A DNA stretch of 64,000 nt from Octopus vulgaris (taxonomy: Eukaryota), in NCBI GenBank assembly GCA_951406725.2, contig OX597819.1, positions 122,264,001 to 122,328,000 of the forward strand. Direction: 5' to 3'. The translations under genes and the position numbers were made by a program. Below the pieces are notes generated by a model. It was not told the DNA's origin. It did not search any database and worked only from the letters and a program-made list of their open reading frames with translations. Of the stretch, positions 1 through 21,810 are shown piece after piece (position 1 is the stretch's first letter; each line of letters begins with the position of its first letter).

Positions 1-136
1 TATATATATACACACACACAATCATACATTCCTTGATACACATAGAAATAGATATGTTCTCTAATACATTCACACATCCATTTCTTATTTACATAACAGC
101 AGCATTATATTTCTCCAAAATTCCATGTCCCCCTTA

Positions 137-9769
<9,633 letters not shown>

Positions 9770-12700
9770 GCTCAACGTAAACCTCTAATTAAGGGATGTT
9801 GTGTGAAGAAGAAGCACATGTCACGGCGGCGATTTAATTAACTCACCGGCTGGAGTGTAAGGGAGATAACTCACAATTCCATAACCTTCAGATTTGAGAT
9901 TTTTTGGTGGACCGTGGGAAGAATTCCAGTTGTACAATACTTTACGTTACCTTCCGGCAGTCATCATCATCACTCCATAATCTGCTGCTACTGCTGCTGT
10001 TGTTGTTGTTGTTGAGCGAACGGTCTTCGTCCCAGAGCTCGCAAGATAGGAGAAGTCCGAAACGTGGTCCTTTGCTATTCGTAAGACCCGCAGAAGAGAA
10101 AGCAGGTCAACCCCCGACACCGAGAGCATCGACGGATGGATGAATGCGCATCCAGGCTCAGCGGTTGCGTAGGAAGTCGGAGACAAGAAACAGGAAGAAA
10201 GAGTGAGAGAAAGTTGGAGCGAAAGAGTACAAGAGGGGGTCACCACCACCCCCTGTACTTATTTAATCGACCCCGAAAGGATGAGAGGCAAAGTCGACCT
10301 CGGCGAAATTTGAACTCAGGACGTAACGGCAGACGAAATACGGCTACACATTTCGACAACGTGCTAATGTTTCTGCCAGCTCACCGCCTGTTACTTGCTG
10401 CTGCCTGGTTAGAGACTGCCGCTGCTAAAGCGCAACAAATACTTTGTTGGGGTTAGGCTCAAATAATTTCAAGGTACTGATGGTAATGTGAAACAAGAAA
10501 AATCTGGAATTTCTTGGCTGGAAATTTGTAGATGAATTAAAAATCATTCTTATTTAGATTCATTGTGTGTTTCTTTGAGATTTAAGTTCTTTGGGGAATT
10601 CAAGCTGGTCACTCCCAGAGTAACAATGGCCTTTGTGTTTGGATCCATACAACATCAGGAATTTGTGAATTAGTATGTGTGCATGTGAAGGTATATACTT
10701 GCACACATATAATAGATACACATAAACACATACATAATCACACTATTGTACTAAAAGGGTGTGCACATATGATCATTTTAGGAAACTCGCCCCTTTAAAA
10801 CATGCCTGTGCCATCACAAACAATAAATAACAGATGAATAACAAATGTCATTTCTCCAAGCCACTTCTATCACTCTTACATGCACCCCTCCATACTGATA
10901 TTTCCTATCAATCACACCTCCACCCTTCTTCATCAATCTCAACATCCACCTCTACACCCGCATCTTTAACCATCTGTCACTCTGATCCCACATTCTTATG
11001 AAATTACTCACACTTTTTTTCCCTCCTGATTCACTGTGGCTAACTGGCTTCCGTACCCGTGGCACGTAAAAGACACCATTCGAGCATGATCATTACCAGC
11101 GTCACCTTACTGGCACTTGTGCTGGTGGCAGGTGTAAAAACATTCGAGCGAGTTCGTTGCCAGCACCGCCCAACTGACCCCCGTGCCGGTGGCACATAAA
11201 AGCACCCACTACACTCTTGGAGTGGTTGGCGTTAGGAAGGGCATCCAGTTGTAGAAACTCTGCCAGATCAAGATTGAAGCCTGGTGCAGCCATCTGGTTC
11301 GCCAGCCCTCAGTCAAAATCGTCCAACCCATGCTAGTATGGAAAGCGGACGTTAAACGATGATGATGATTCTTTCTCATACTCACTTTCTTGTGTCTTGA
11401 AAGTATGTTCTGGTATTCCATCACTATCATCTTTATCTTTATCATAGCTATTCTCACCTGCTCTCATGTATAACGCAGGGCAGCCCTGTATCTCCTGTAT
11501 AGCAAGACACCAGTGCTTGACCCACTATCATACTTTAGTCTTCAACAGCCGGCATGAAGCCACCTCCTCTCTCAAACACCCCCTCCCTCTCATGTCGCTG
11601 GTGGGGTGTCTTTTCCCTTTACCTTTCTCTTGCAAGTTATTTGGTGGCATCAGTGGTGCCAGTCGGAATGGCATCCAGATGTATAAATCATACTGGAGAT
11701 GACATTAGAACCCGATGCAACCCTGTGACTCGTCAGATCCAGTCAAACCGTCCAACACATGCCAGCATGGAAAATAAGCAATAAATGATGCTGAAATCAG
11801 TTTGCTGTGTTCTTTGTTGGAAAATCTCTATGTTGCAAAGCTTTTATGCACAACTCATCATCATCATCGTTTAACGTCCGCTAGTATGGGTTGGACGATT
11901 TGACTGAAATCTTGCGAACCAGAAGGCTGCACCAGACTCCATCTGATCTGGAAGAGTTTCTACAGCTGGATGTCATTCCTAACGCCAACCACTCTGAGAG
12001 TGTAGTGGATGCTTTTACATGCCACCGGCATGAGGGCCAGTCAGGTGGTACTGGCAACGCCCATGCTCAAATGGTGCTTTCTTTGTGCCACTTACACAGG
12101 AACCAGTCCAGCGGCACTGGCAACAACCTCACTCGAATGTTTTTTCACATGCCACTAGCATAAGTGCCATTAAGGTGACACAGGTAACGATCACGCTCGA
12201 ATGGCGCTTTTCACGTACCACCGGCACGGAGGCCAGTTTGCTGCTAACTCTCTGTGGCAATGTAATAAGTACAGATGAATATCTGTAGATCACATACAAG
12301 ATTTGTAACTGCTACATAAGTTACCCCATAGATGCTTGTTTCCATCCCACCCAACTTAAAACATATTCATATTTCCTGGGCATGATTTCGTTCCTTGTGT
12401 CATACAACAAAATCATGTCAATTTTGTTTGACTGGATTGCTGTTTTCATTGGAATATTCCATCAACATTCTTTATTCTTAAAGTTGTAGACACGTTCTCA
12501 TTCTGGCATGTGGAGGCGCATGGCTTAGTGGTTAAGGTGTTGAACTCATGATCGTAAGGCTGTGGTTTCAATTCCTGGACCAGGTGATATGTTGTATTCT
12601 TGAGCAAAACACTTCATTTCACATTGCTCCAGTCCCTTCAGCTGGCAAAAGTGAGTAATCCTGTGATGGACCGGCGTCCCGTCCTGGTGGGGAATTTCTA

Positions 12701-14111
12701 CACCACTGAAACCGGAAAACCGGCCCTTATGAGCCAGGCATGGCTCGAGAAGGAAGGATTCTAGCATGCCATGGCAATCTATCTTGTAGATGGAATTGTA
12801 AATAGTTTTAGCATCATACAAAGGGTGTTGTTAATTTTCAGTCTTCTGAGGGAAGATGTGCAACCATGGGGAAAAATACAGGTGAGTATTGGCAACAAGA
12901 AGGGCATCCAGCCATAGATAATCCGCCTCAATAAATTCTATTAGACCCATGCAGGCATGGAAAAGTGGTCGTTAATACGATGGTGGATCTCACCCAAGAT
13001 TTTTCTAGGTAATCCTAAGACATTATTTACTTTTATTATTATGCACACAATTAATGTACTAATTGACTTTTACTGTTCTGTAGGTGTTGTTTAAGAGATA
13101 CAATGCAGCAGTACTTAATGGTCATTTGAATTGCCCTTATCCTTCTGACTTACCATGAATGGGATTTCCACCACCAAGAGGATATTGTACTCGATACAAG
13201 ATATTCATTGAAGTTTACTCTTTTACTGTTTTACTTGTTTCAGTCATTTGACTGTGGCCATGCTGGAGCACCGCATTTAGTCAAGCAAATCGACCCCGGG
13301 ACTTATTCTTTGTAAGCCTAGTATTTATTCTATCGGTCTCTTTTGCTGAACTGCTAAGCTACGGGGAAGTAAACACACCAGCATCGGTTGTCAAGCGATG
13401 TTAGGGAGGGGACAAACACAGACACACAAATGTATACGCACACACATACATACATATATATGCCCCAGCATTCGGACTGAAACATTTTTAAGGATTTAAA
13501 GATATATATACATATATACGATGGGCTTTTTCAGTTTCTGTCTACCAAATGCACTCATAAGGCTTTGGTCAGCCCAAGGCTATAGTAGAAGACACTTGCA
13601 CAAGATGCCACGCAGTGGGACTGAACCCAGAACCATGTGGTTGGTAACCAAGCTACTTACCACATAGCCACAGACACAGGAAAGGGTCGTTCATCAAATA
13701 TCAAAATCAACAATAAATACAAACAAATTAAAAAATAAATATAAACATATTTTTTTATTTATTCAGAAACAATTTTGAATTTATTTACAGTAAATTATCG
13801 ATATTAAAAAAAAGTATTAATATCACAGTGATTCACGGAATATCTCACTATTCTAATAAACAGCACACTCTATCATGTGATATGCTATTGTTCTGACATA
13901 TATCTAGTTTTTATGTGATATGTGTGTTCTCAAAAAAAAAAAAAGGAATATTGTTGACAGCGGCTTCAGAGTTTTGGTCAGTTAAGCCATCATCCGATGA
14001 CTGCTAAAGTGGCTAAAACTTAGAAAGAAAAACTGTATTATAACTAAACATAAAAACAAGCATTAACACACACATATATATACATTTATATGTAAGTATG
14101 TATATATGCAT

Positions 14112-14152
<41 letters not shown>

Positions 14153-14198
14153 ATGATTACGCCATGCATCCATTTCCAAGTAAGTTTATCTATCTATA

Positions 14199-14258
<60 letters not shown>

Positions 14259-15373
14259 CTAGCTGAAGGTCATCCGCTCTACGCGTGGGTAAGAGTGTGG
14301 TATATATATAAATGTATACAAATTATATATATATATATAAATACAGATATATACACTTTGTATATATACATTATATATACATATTTATATATAGATACAC
14401 ACACACACACATATATAAATTAACCCAATAAATATCTGATTCATAATATTTGTTCTCATGATTGTGCGCTTCCAATTATTGTTGTTGTATGTGTAATATT
14501 CCGGTACTTCAGGGTAAATGAGAGTAGCAGCAAACTCATTGACTGAACACAATTTAAAAAACGCTGTAAGTGTAGTCCCTTTTAGATTTTCAATGACTTG
14601 ACGTGCATTTTTCTCTGTGAAGTAAACCAGCTGTCTCTTCTGTAAATGAACATTCAGGTAGAAAACTGATGGTGAGCTTAGATGAATCTCGTATCGAAAA
14701 ATGCGCCACGCTGCATAATTGGAGGATACATACCTACCCAAAACGAATTGTTTAATTTCGTCATGTCTAAGGTCTTCATCACTGAACACAAACACGGCCA
14801 TATCATCGCCCTTATTAATGTACTTGTAGAGGTATTGTATGCATCTCACCGAACTGCAGTACTCAACATTAATGTGTGCATTAAATGTTTTGGAAAGCAA
14901 AGGGTTGAATGGAACAATCCAGGCATTATCAACATCGAATGTTATTAACCGTTGTCTAACTCTAGCTGTGTGGCCATCCAAACCTGTGTGGTGGTGGTGG
15001 CGATGATAATTGTCTGTATGAATGCAGACAGATGTGTAGAGAGAGAGAGTGTGAAAGCACTGTAGAATGCCGTTTGACGAATCGATGTTATATATAGAAA
15101 GTGATGGGAAGGGAGGAAATAGAGTGAGTGAGTGAGGAAGACAGATACATAAAAGACTGAGAGTGGACTTGTCAAAGTGGGTTTTTGGCCCTAGCAACGA
15201 CACCTTTTAAGATAGGGATTTCTAACGTAGCCCACGGGCATCGTCACCTCATTTTACATGTTCCTGTAAATTTTGGAGTCAATCCGACGGGATGTAGTGG
15301 CGTTGAAAGCAGGCCAAGCGGTTGAGTCAAACAAACAAACAAACTTTTCGCATTTCAGTTTTATAAATAGAGA
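14259..15373 (-). mobile_element. Internally deleted Helitron carrying a Rep/helicase fragment
   Basis: 5' TC at 15373, 3' CTAG at 14259 with a GC-rich subterminal segment, A|T insertion site; ORF VDNAWIVPFNPLLS...HINVEYCSS...YLYKYINKG...RYVSS..AAWRIF (Helitron Rep motif with catalytic tyrosines). Confidence 0.9.
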
Positions 15374-15409
15374 TATATACATATACACACATCTCTCTCT
15401 CTCTGTCTA

Positions 15410-16208
<799 letters not shown>

Positions 16209-16544
16209 CACATATGTGTCGGTGGCACGTAAAAAGCACCATCCGAATCGTGGCTGAAGCCAGTGCCGCCTCGACTGGCTTTCGTGCAGGTGGCACGTAA
16301 AATGCACCAATCCGACCGTGGCCGATGCCAGCCTCGCCTGGCACCAGTGCAGGTGGCACGTAAAAAGCACCCACTACACTCACGGAGTGGTTGGCGTTAG
16401 GAAGGGCATCCAGCTGTAGAAACATTGCCAGATAAGACCGGAACCTGGTGCAGCCTTCTGGCTTCCCAGATCCCCGGTCGAACTGTCCAACCCATGCTAG
16501 CATGGAGAACGGACGTTAAACGATGATGATGATGATGATGATGT

Positions 16545-17911
16545 TGTTCCAGTTTGGTGAGGACTTCTATTTTTGTTAGGCAGTCTTCAAACATGCCTGT
16601 GTGATTTGGGGCATCCGGTGGGCGATATGTAGTACATATGACGATATTCAGTTGTCTTGTGTGTACAATTTGAGAGTCACACACTGAGTTTGAATATGAG
16701 AGCAGGACCTGGGGCGTAAGGTCATCTCGGATGTACACTGCAACTCCAGCATCACTCCTCCCTTTTCTATCTGAGCATATGACAACATATTGCGGTATGT
16801 TTATTTCTGCATCCCCTATATCGGGGCCAAGATACGTTTCTATGAGTGTCATGCATAGAGCTTGATTGCATGCCGCAAGGTCTCTCAGGAATGAGATTTT
16901 GCTTTTACAGTTGCCACGCAGCAGCCCTCCCACGTTCAGTAGAAATATTTTTGTGACGTGTGTGTTGGTGTTTGTGGTGGCCACCCTGCATCTGTTGGTG
17001 ATGGCCTTGTGTGGTGGTAGTTCCAGCTTTGTGTTTGTAGCCAGGTCAGCTGCTGGACAATTCTTTGTGCCATGCACAAAAAAAGATTGCTGTTCAGCTG
17101 CTGCCCTTCTCACATCTGGGTGAAGCTGGCCATTTCTTGGGCCATGCAGTATCCTTTTTGGACCGTGCACTACATCCGCATATTGTCTTTCGGGAGTAGT
17201 CAGTGCGCCATTTTCCCTTCTTTGGTATTTTTCTTTTTCTTTTTGTCCTCCTCATGGGAAGGATTGTTGTCTTGGGCCCATGCGGTTTTGGCAGGGCTTC
17301 TGATGTGCAAAACGACAGTTTGCACCATCGTCGCCATGCCAGCAGTTTCCTTGTAGGTAAAATTTGCAGATACTCCTGTTTTTGCCCTTGAAACTCCTGT
17401 AGCTCTTGCTGGGGCTCTTCTGTTTTTTTCTGAACAGTTTTTGTTATGTTCTTTTTATTTTTCTTTTCTTTTACCTCTTGCTTCTCATTGCCTTTGCCAG
17501 CTTTTGTTCTGTCGGGTTTAAGGTGCTTTCCTTTTTCGGCCATCACACCCCTTTGGTCTTCAGGTGTGTTGGGGTCTGAGCAAGTGCCATTGTTTCCCTT
17601 GGTTGCAGGTCTCTCGGTTGTGTCTTTGGATTTGCTCTTCTGAGGGATTGTTGGGTCCTGGATGCTTTCTCCATCCTTTTTGTCATCCCTGGTGCAGTCA
17701 CCTCCCAAGATGATGTCAAGTGTATCCATATGTTGTCTAATTAGAGCATGTGAACGGAGGAATTCGCATTTCTTCCGCTCTATCTGGGGGGTGGTCCTGG
17801 AGAAATCATTACTTTTAAGTGCCGCTGCAATGATGTTGAGGAGTCACCTTCAGCAATCTTCCAGGCACGGACAAACAATTGCAATTCTTTTGTGGACCAG
17901 TTCTGTGACAT
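16545..17911 (-). mobile_element. LINE copy B, homologous to copy A: Myb/SANT-like + CCCH ORF1 and partial APE endonuclease; 3'-truncated
   Basis: MSQNWSTKELQLFVRAW /frameshift/ IIAAALKSNDFSRTTPQIERK...HMDTLDIIL; CKFYLQGNCWHGDDGANCRFAH; APE LLNVGGL, LIETYL, SDRKGR..GVAVYIR, YRPP. Confidence 0.85.
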
Positions 17912-17929
17912 CTTTATTTGGGATACAGT

Positions 17930-18256
17930 GAGAGAGTGAAATAGAGGAACAGAGAGAGGAGGAAAGATAAGGAGATTGACCTGAGAGGGAGAGGAGAGAA
18001 GAGAAGAAAAAAGATGAAGGGGAGAAAGGGGGTGGCAGATTAACCGGGGAGAGAGAGAGAGAAACAAGGGGATTGACCTGAGAGGAGAGAGAAAGAGTGG
18101 CAGATCAACAGGGAGAGAGAGCGGAATAGAGGTGTGGTAGAGAGAAAGAAGTAAAGAGACAAAGAGAGGAAGAGAGAGATAAGGGGATTGACCTAAGAGG
18201 GAGCGGAGAGAAGAGAGAAAAAAGAGAGAGGGAGAGAGACAGGGCGGGATAGTGGT

Positions 18257-18310
<54 letters not shown>
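17930..18310. repeat. Purine-rich (GA) tract with three GATTGACCT-anchored subrepeats, ending in pure (GA)n
   Basis: Direct reading; lies between LINE copies A and B. Confidence 0.8.
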
Positions 18311-18314
<4 letters not shown>

Positions 18315-18334
18315 ATAAAAGTTAAAGAGAACAG

Positions 18335-21300
18335 TGGTTCTATGCTTATTTGCATAAGAATAGAATACTTTTGGGTTCTGTTTGATGTTTTTGATTACCC
18401 ATTGTTCCTCCACAGCTCTTTGATTTTCAATGGAGGTTTTCATGTCGGCCTGCAGTTTTTCCAACTCTAGCCTTTTCATTGTTGTTGAATGTGGATGTTG
18501 TATGTGGGAATATTTTAATTAGTTGATTTTTTTATTGAGTCTTTTGATATGCTTGATGAGTGTTTTTTTCTTTTTAGGGAGCCGGTTTCTGTTTGTGTTA
18601 GTAGATTTCGTGGGAGTGTGTTTAGAGCATGTATAGGTGACAATGTTCTCAAAGTGCTGCCATGCGGTCTCAATTTGGGTGGAATTGAGAGTAAAAGACC
18701 AGTCGATGAAAGACAGATCCTTTCTGATTGCTCCCCAGTCCGCTTTGTGGAAGTTTATGTTGTCAAATGAGTGCCATGGAGTGGGATTGGCTGGTTTGGT
18801 TTTTATATGTCGGGAATTAAAATTGCAAAGTACCATGTCGTGGTCTGAGAGGAGAGTTTTTTCAACTGAAATACTGTGAACGGAGCTAGAGTGGTTAATA
18901 TTAGATCCAAGATCGTTTTATTCTGTCTTGTTGATTCGAGCACTAGCTGAGTCAGGAAGAATTTATCCATTAGATTAAATAGTAATTCTGCTGCTGCTTT
19001 ATCTGATGTAGAGCATTTGCCTAACTTCAGAGTATTTGTGGGCCAGTTTATATGAGGGAGGTTAAAATCACCCATCACTAGTATGTTTGCGGAGTTGTAT
19101 TTTTGAAGGAAAGGCTTGATTTTGTTAAGGCACTCTTCAAAGCACTTTAGAGGTGCTTGGGGAGGCCTGTAAAGACCAACAATGATTATGTCTTTGGCTT
19201 TGTTGAACAGTGATATAGATTCACAGTAGCCATTGGAAAATATGTCCTTGGCATCAAGTGGAAAGGAGTCATGGATAAAGATGGCTGTCCCTCCTTTATT
19301 TTGGTCTGTGCAATCTGCACGAACAATGGTGAAATCTTTTATTTTCACCTCGGCAAATCCATATGGGTGTTGTTCAGGTGAGTTTCGGTAAGGATAAAGA
19401 AAGGGAAGCAATGTGCCCTTTCGGCAAGCCAACTCTTTTTATATGGGATCTTCCATTTTTGGGGCAGTGATTGACGGGTTGATGCCACGTACATTTAACA
19501 GGAATGTCGAGGTCAGGGTAGTTTGATGTTTACATTGTTCTGAGTTATGTTTTATGTTGTTCAGTGGTAACAATGTGGGTAGTTCTTGTATGGAGCTGTG
19601 TGTGTATGATTTTCTTGTTGGTAGTGGGTGTGTGGTCCTTGTGATTTGCATAAATGGTTGCTGACAGCTCGTTGGATCTCCTGGCTTAGGTCGGCTTTCA
19701 TATTTTCTAGGTAAGTCAGTAAAAAAGAGTTGCCTCTTTGGTTTGCCACTTGGTCAGAGGATACATAGTTCATGTTTATGTTTTTTGGTGTTATGGTTTT
19801 TTCATAGTTCTGTCTTCGTTGTTTGATTGTAGGAGGGGAAACGTGGTTGTATTTTGTTTTTATTGTTGTCGAAAATCTCCTCTGTTGCTGTTTATATTTA
19901 TTTTGTGATCGTTTTGTGCCCTTCAGATGGTGGTGGTTGCATTCTGGGTTCAAGCACATCCTTAGTGACACAGAAGTTTGGCACAGTTTAGGATGGAAGA
20001 AGGTGCATCCATTGCCTTTTGTGCATCCATATTTGGGATCAGGACCATGGACTCTGTATTTAGGACAGTATTTGGGGTGGAGGTGAGGGCAGTTTTTTCC
20101 CGTTATACCATATGAACAGGCGCCCTTAACAAGTCTGCGACATAAAGTAGGATGGAAAAAAGCACAGCGTCCCTTGTTGTTGGTGCCGCTGGGGCCAAAT
20201 CTACAGTTGCCTTGAGAATGGTAACGACAGGGTGTTTGACGTAGGTGTAGTAGAGGTTTTTCTATTCTGGCAGGCTCGTTGGTCAGTGGTCCTATTGTAG
20301 TAGCAGTAACAGAGTGTTGTTGTTGTTGCTGTAGCAGCAGTGAAACTTGACTTGCAACAGTATGGCTGGGTGGAATCAGGTCAGATACTGGTGCCAAACA
20401 AGGTGCTGCCAATGTAGTAGCAGAAGCAGGTTGTTGTTGTTGTGACAGTGAGTCCTGGCTTGCCAAGGTAGTGTTGGGTGTAATTAGGTCAGATATCAAT
20501 GAGGATGTTGTTTGTTGTTTGTTGAAGTGACCCCTGACTTGTTGGAGTTGGGTCATTTGGTGCACTACATCCATTGACAAGTATGGCTTCTAGTGTTGCC
20601 ATGTCATCATCATCATCATCGTTTAACGTCCGTTTTACGCGCTAGCACGGGTTGGACGGTTCGACCGGGATCTGGGAAGCCAGGGGCTGCACCAGGCTCC
20701 AGTCTGATCTGGCAGAGTTTCTACAGCTGGATGCCCTTCCTAATGCCAACCACTCCGCGAGTGTAGTGGGTGCTTTTTACATGCCACCTGCACAGTGCCA
20801 GGGGGGTCCGGCATCGGCCACGATCGGTTGGAGCTTTTAACGTGCCACCGGCACGGAAGCCAGCCATGGCGGCGCTGGCATGTGGAAAATAGGAAATGAT
20901 CTTGAGATCTCTTTTATTTTATTTTCGATCTGTTTTACAGATCTGTGAAATGATTGTTTTGCTAATTTTTCAGCGATTTTACTGTAAACATTAGCTTTTA
21001 CACAATCGTTATGGTGAGTGTACCAAGCGTTTATCAGTGCACTGATTTCATTTTCAACCCAGTGGCGTTTTGGAATATTATTGGCCATATTCAGTGGGAC
21101 AGTATTATACACTGTACGCCAGTTATTGATGGCTTGATGTATAAAAGTGAATGCACCGTTGAAAAGTTTGTGCCAATATATTCAGAAATGCATGGCTATA
21201 TCTGGGTGTGTGTGAGAGAATTCAGTGTATTTAGTACAAATCAGAATGAGAAAAGAATTGTACTCACGGGACTAGTTTTAGAACTAGTCTTGGGTTTAGT

Positions 21301-21430
21301 TTTAGTTTATATTTGTTTCTCCAGGTTGTATATAGATTTGTATAAATTTATATCCTCCGATGGTAGTAAAAGAGTAGAATAGTAAAATAGTAGAATTCAA
21401 AAGTTCTGGAACTGAAAACAAGGAAAGTTA
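18335..21430 (-). mobile_element. LINE copy A (APE-type, CR1/L2-like group), 5' half: ORF1 = Myb/SANT-like + 4 CCCH fingers; ORF2 APE endonuclease; no RT; decayed, SINE-interrupted
   Basis: ORF 21112-20884 WVENEISALINAW...KIAEKL...RSVKQIENK; ORF 20580-19561 with four CCCH units; APE motifs LLNVRG, ILTETHL, YRPP, MGDFNLPHINW, LDLIL, SDH across frameshifts; linker KQNPKVFYSY. 5' boundary approximate. Confidence 0.88.
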
Positions 21431-21520
21431 CTGCTGGCTTGAGTTGAAATATGCTTCTTTGGCTACTGACTGGCCAGAGCTATGAAAAGTACGTCTTGTC
21501 ACAACGAATGCCTGGACATA

Positions 21521-21570
<50 letters not shown>

Positions 21571-21637
21571 CCGGAGTAAACACATAAATGTGAAACAAGG
21601 TGGAAAAAAGAGTACTCAAATACCAGTGTTAGAGAAA

Positions 21638-21810
21638 TATGCTTTATTTAAAGCAGCAGAAAATTCAACAAAACCTGTTACTCTGAGTTTCACGTTCCCG
21701 TTCGTCAGACAGTTTTTTTGCTAGTTTAGCAAAAACTGTCCGATGAACAGGAACGTGAAACTCAGAGTAACAGGTTTTGTTGAATTTTCTGCTGCTTTAA
21801 ATAAAGTATA
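21638..21810. mobile_element. Penelope-like fold-back (about 85-bp inverted arms), each arm with a minimal hammerhead
   Basis: Arms 21638-21723 and 21727-21810 are near-perfect reverse complements; flanked by (TA)n. Confidence 0.75.
21675..21712 (-). ncRNA. Minimal type-I hammerhead ribozyme motif
   Basis: Minus strand: CTGT-CTGACGA-ACG-GGAA-CGT-GAAA-CTC-A-GAG-TA-ACAG. Confidence 0.75.

Noticed and set aside
13084-13215. Possible exon of a divergent plus-strand transcript (good acceptor TTCTGTAG)
   Set aside because: No ORF homology, donor site or partner exons identifiable
20837-21112. Stand-alone trihelix transcription factor or Harbinger Myb gene
   Set aside because: Contiguous with the LINE ORF1 once the SINE is removed, and mirrored in copy B; no Harbinger transposase or TIRs nearby
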